From Antedon mediterranea (taxonomy: Eukaryota; Animalia; Echinodermata): a stretch of DNA of 64,000 bases. The DNA lies in the NCBI RefSeq assembly GCF_964355755.1, contig NC_092680.1, positions 3,782,001 through 3,846,000 of the forward strand, in the 5' to 3' direction. Of this stretch, positions 63,862 to 64,000 are shown in pieces. The notes below the pieces were generated by a model. It saw only the letters and a list, made by a program, of their open reading frames with translations. It was not told the origin of the DNA and did not search any database. Every line of letters begins with the position of its first letter. The first letter of the stretch is position 1. The position numbers and the translations under genes were made by a program.

Positions 63862-64000
63862 TGCTGAATGGTGCTCTTCCTATAACTGAAACATAAAAGT
63901 ACCCATAGGTCTACTGAAACTGCTAAGCACTGATTGACCACGGAAAAAATTCTGCAATAACGGTATAGGCTAAGCCTCGACTGTGTCTACAGGAGCTGAT

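Overview
AT-rich, intron-containing animal genomic DNA. It is most consistent with a marine invertebrate deuterostome such as an echinoderm; this is inferred from CatSper, a type-1 paracaspase and a Deu-domain SINE, and the species cannot be fixed from the sequence. Seven spliced protein-coding genes were rebuilt by hand with consistent exon phases: KATNAL2 (+, 5'-truncated by the window edge), CATSPER2 (-), a MALT1-like paracaspase (+), an uncharacterised signal peptide-JmjC-EF-hand-KDEL protein (-), a ZNF532/592/687-family zinc-finger gene (+), UGDH (-) and an SLC16/MCT transporter (-). Introns hold many non-autonomous DNA elements (two abundant TWA-flanked MITE families, plus TA- and TTAA-flanked ones), tRNA-derived SINEs and LINE tails. 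The most notable observations are a predicted ER-luminal, Ca2+-binding JmjC oxygenase; a minor-spliceosome intron in CATSPER2 that must end in a non-canonical AT; kappaB sites around the CATSPER2/MALT1 head-to-head promoter; a paracaspase with an extra Ig domain; MALT1-ZNF532 linkage as in vertebrates; and a candidate 16-aa cassette exon in UGDH. All calls come from manual reading; no searches were run.
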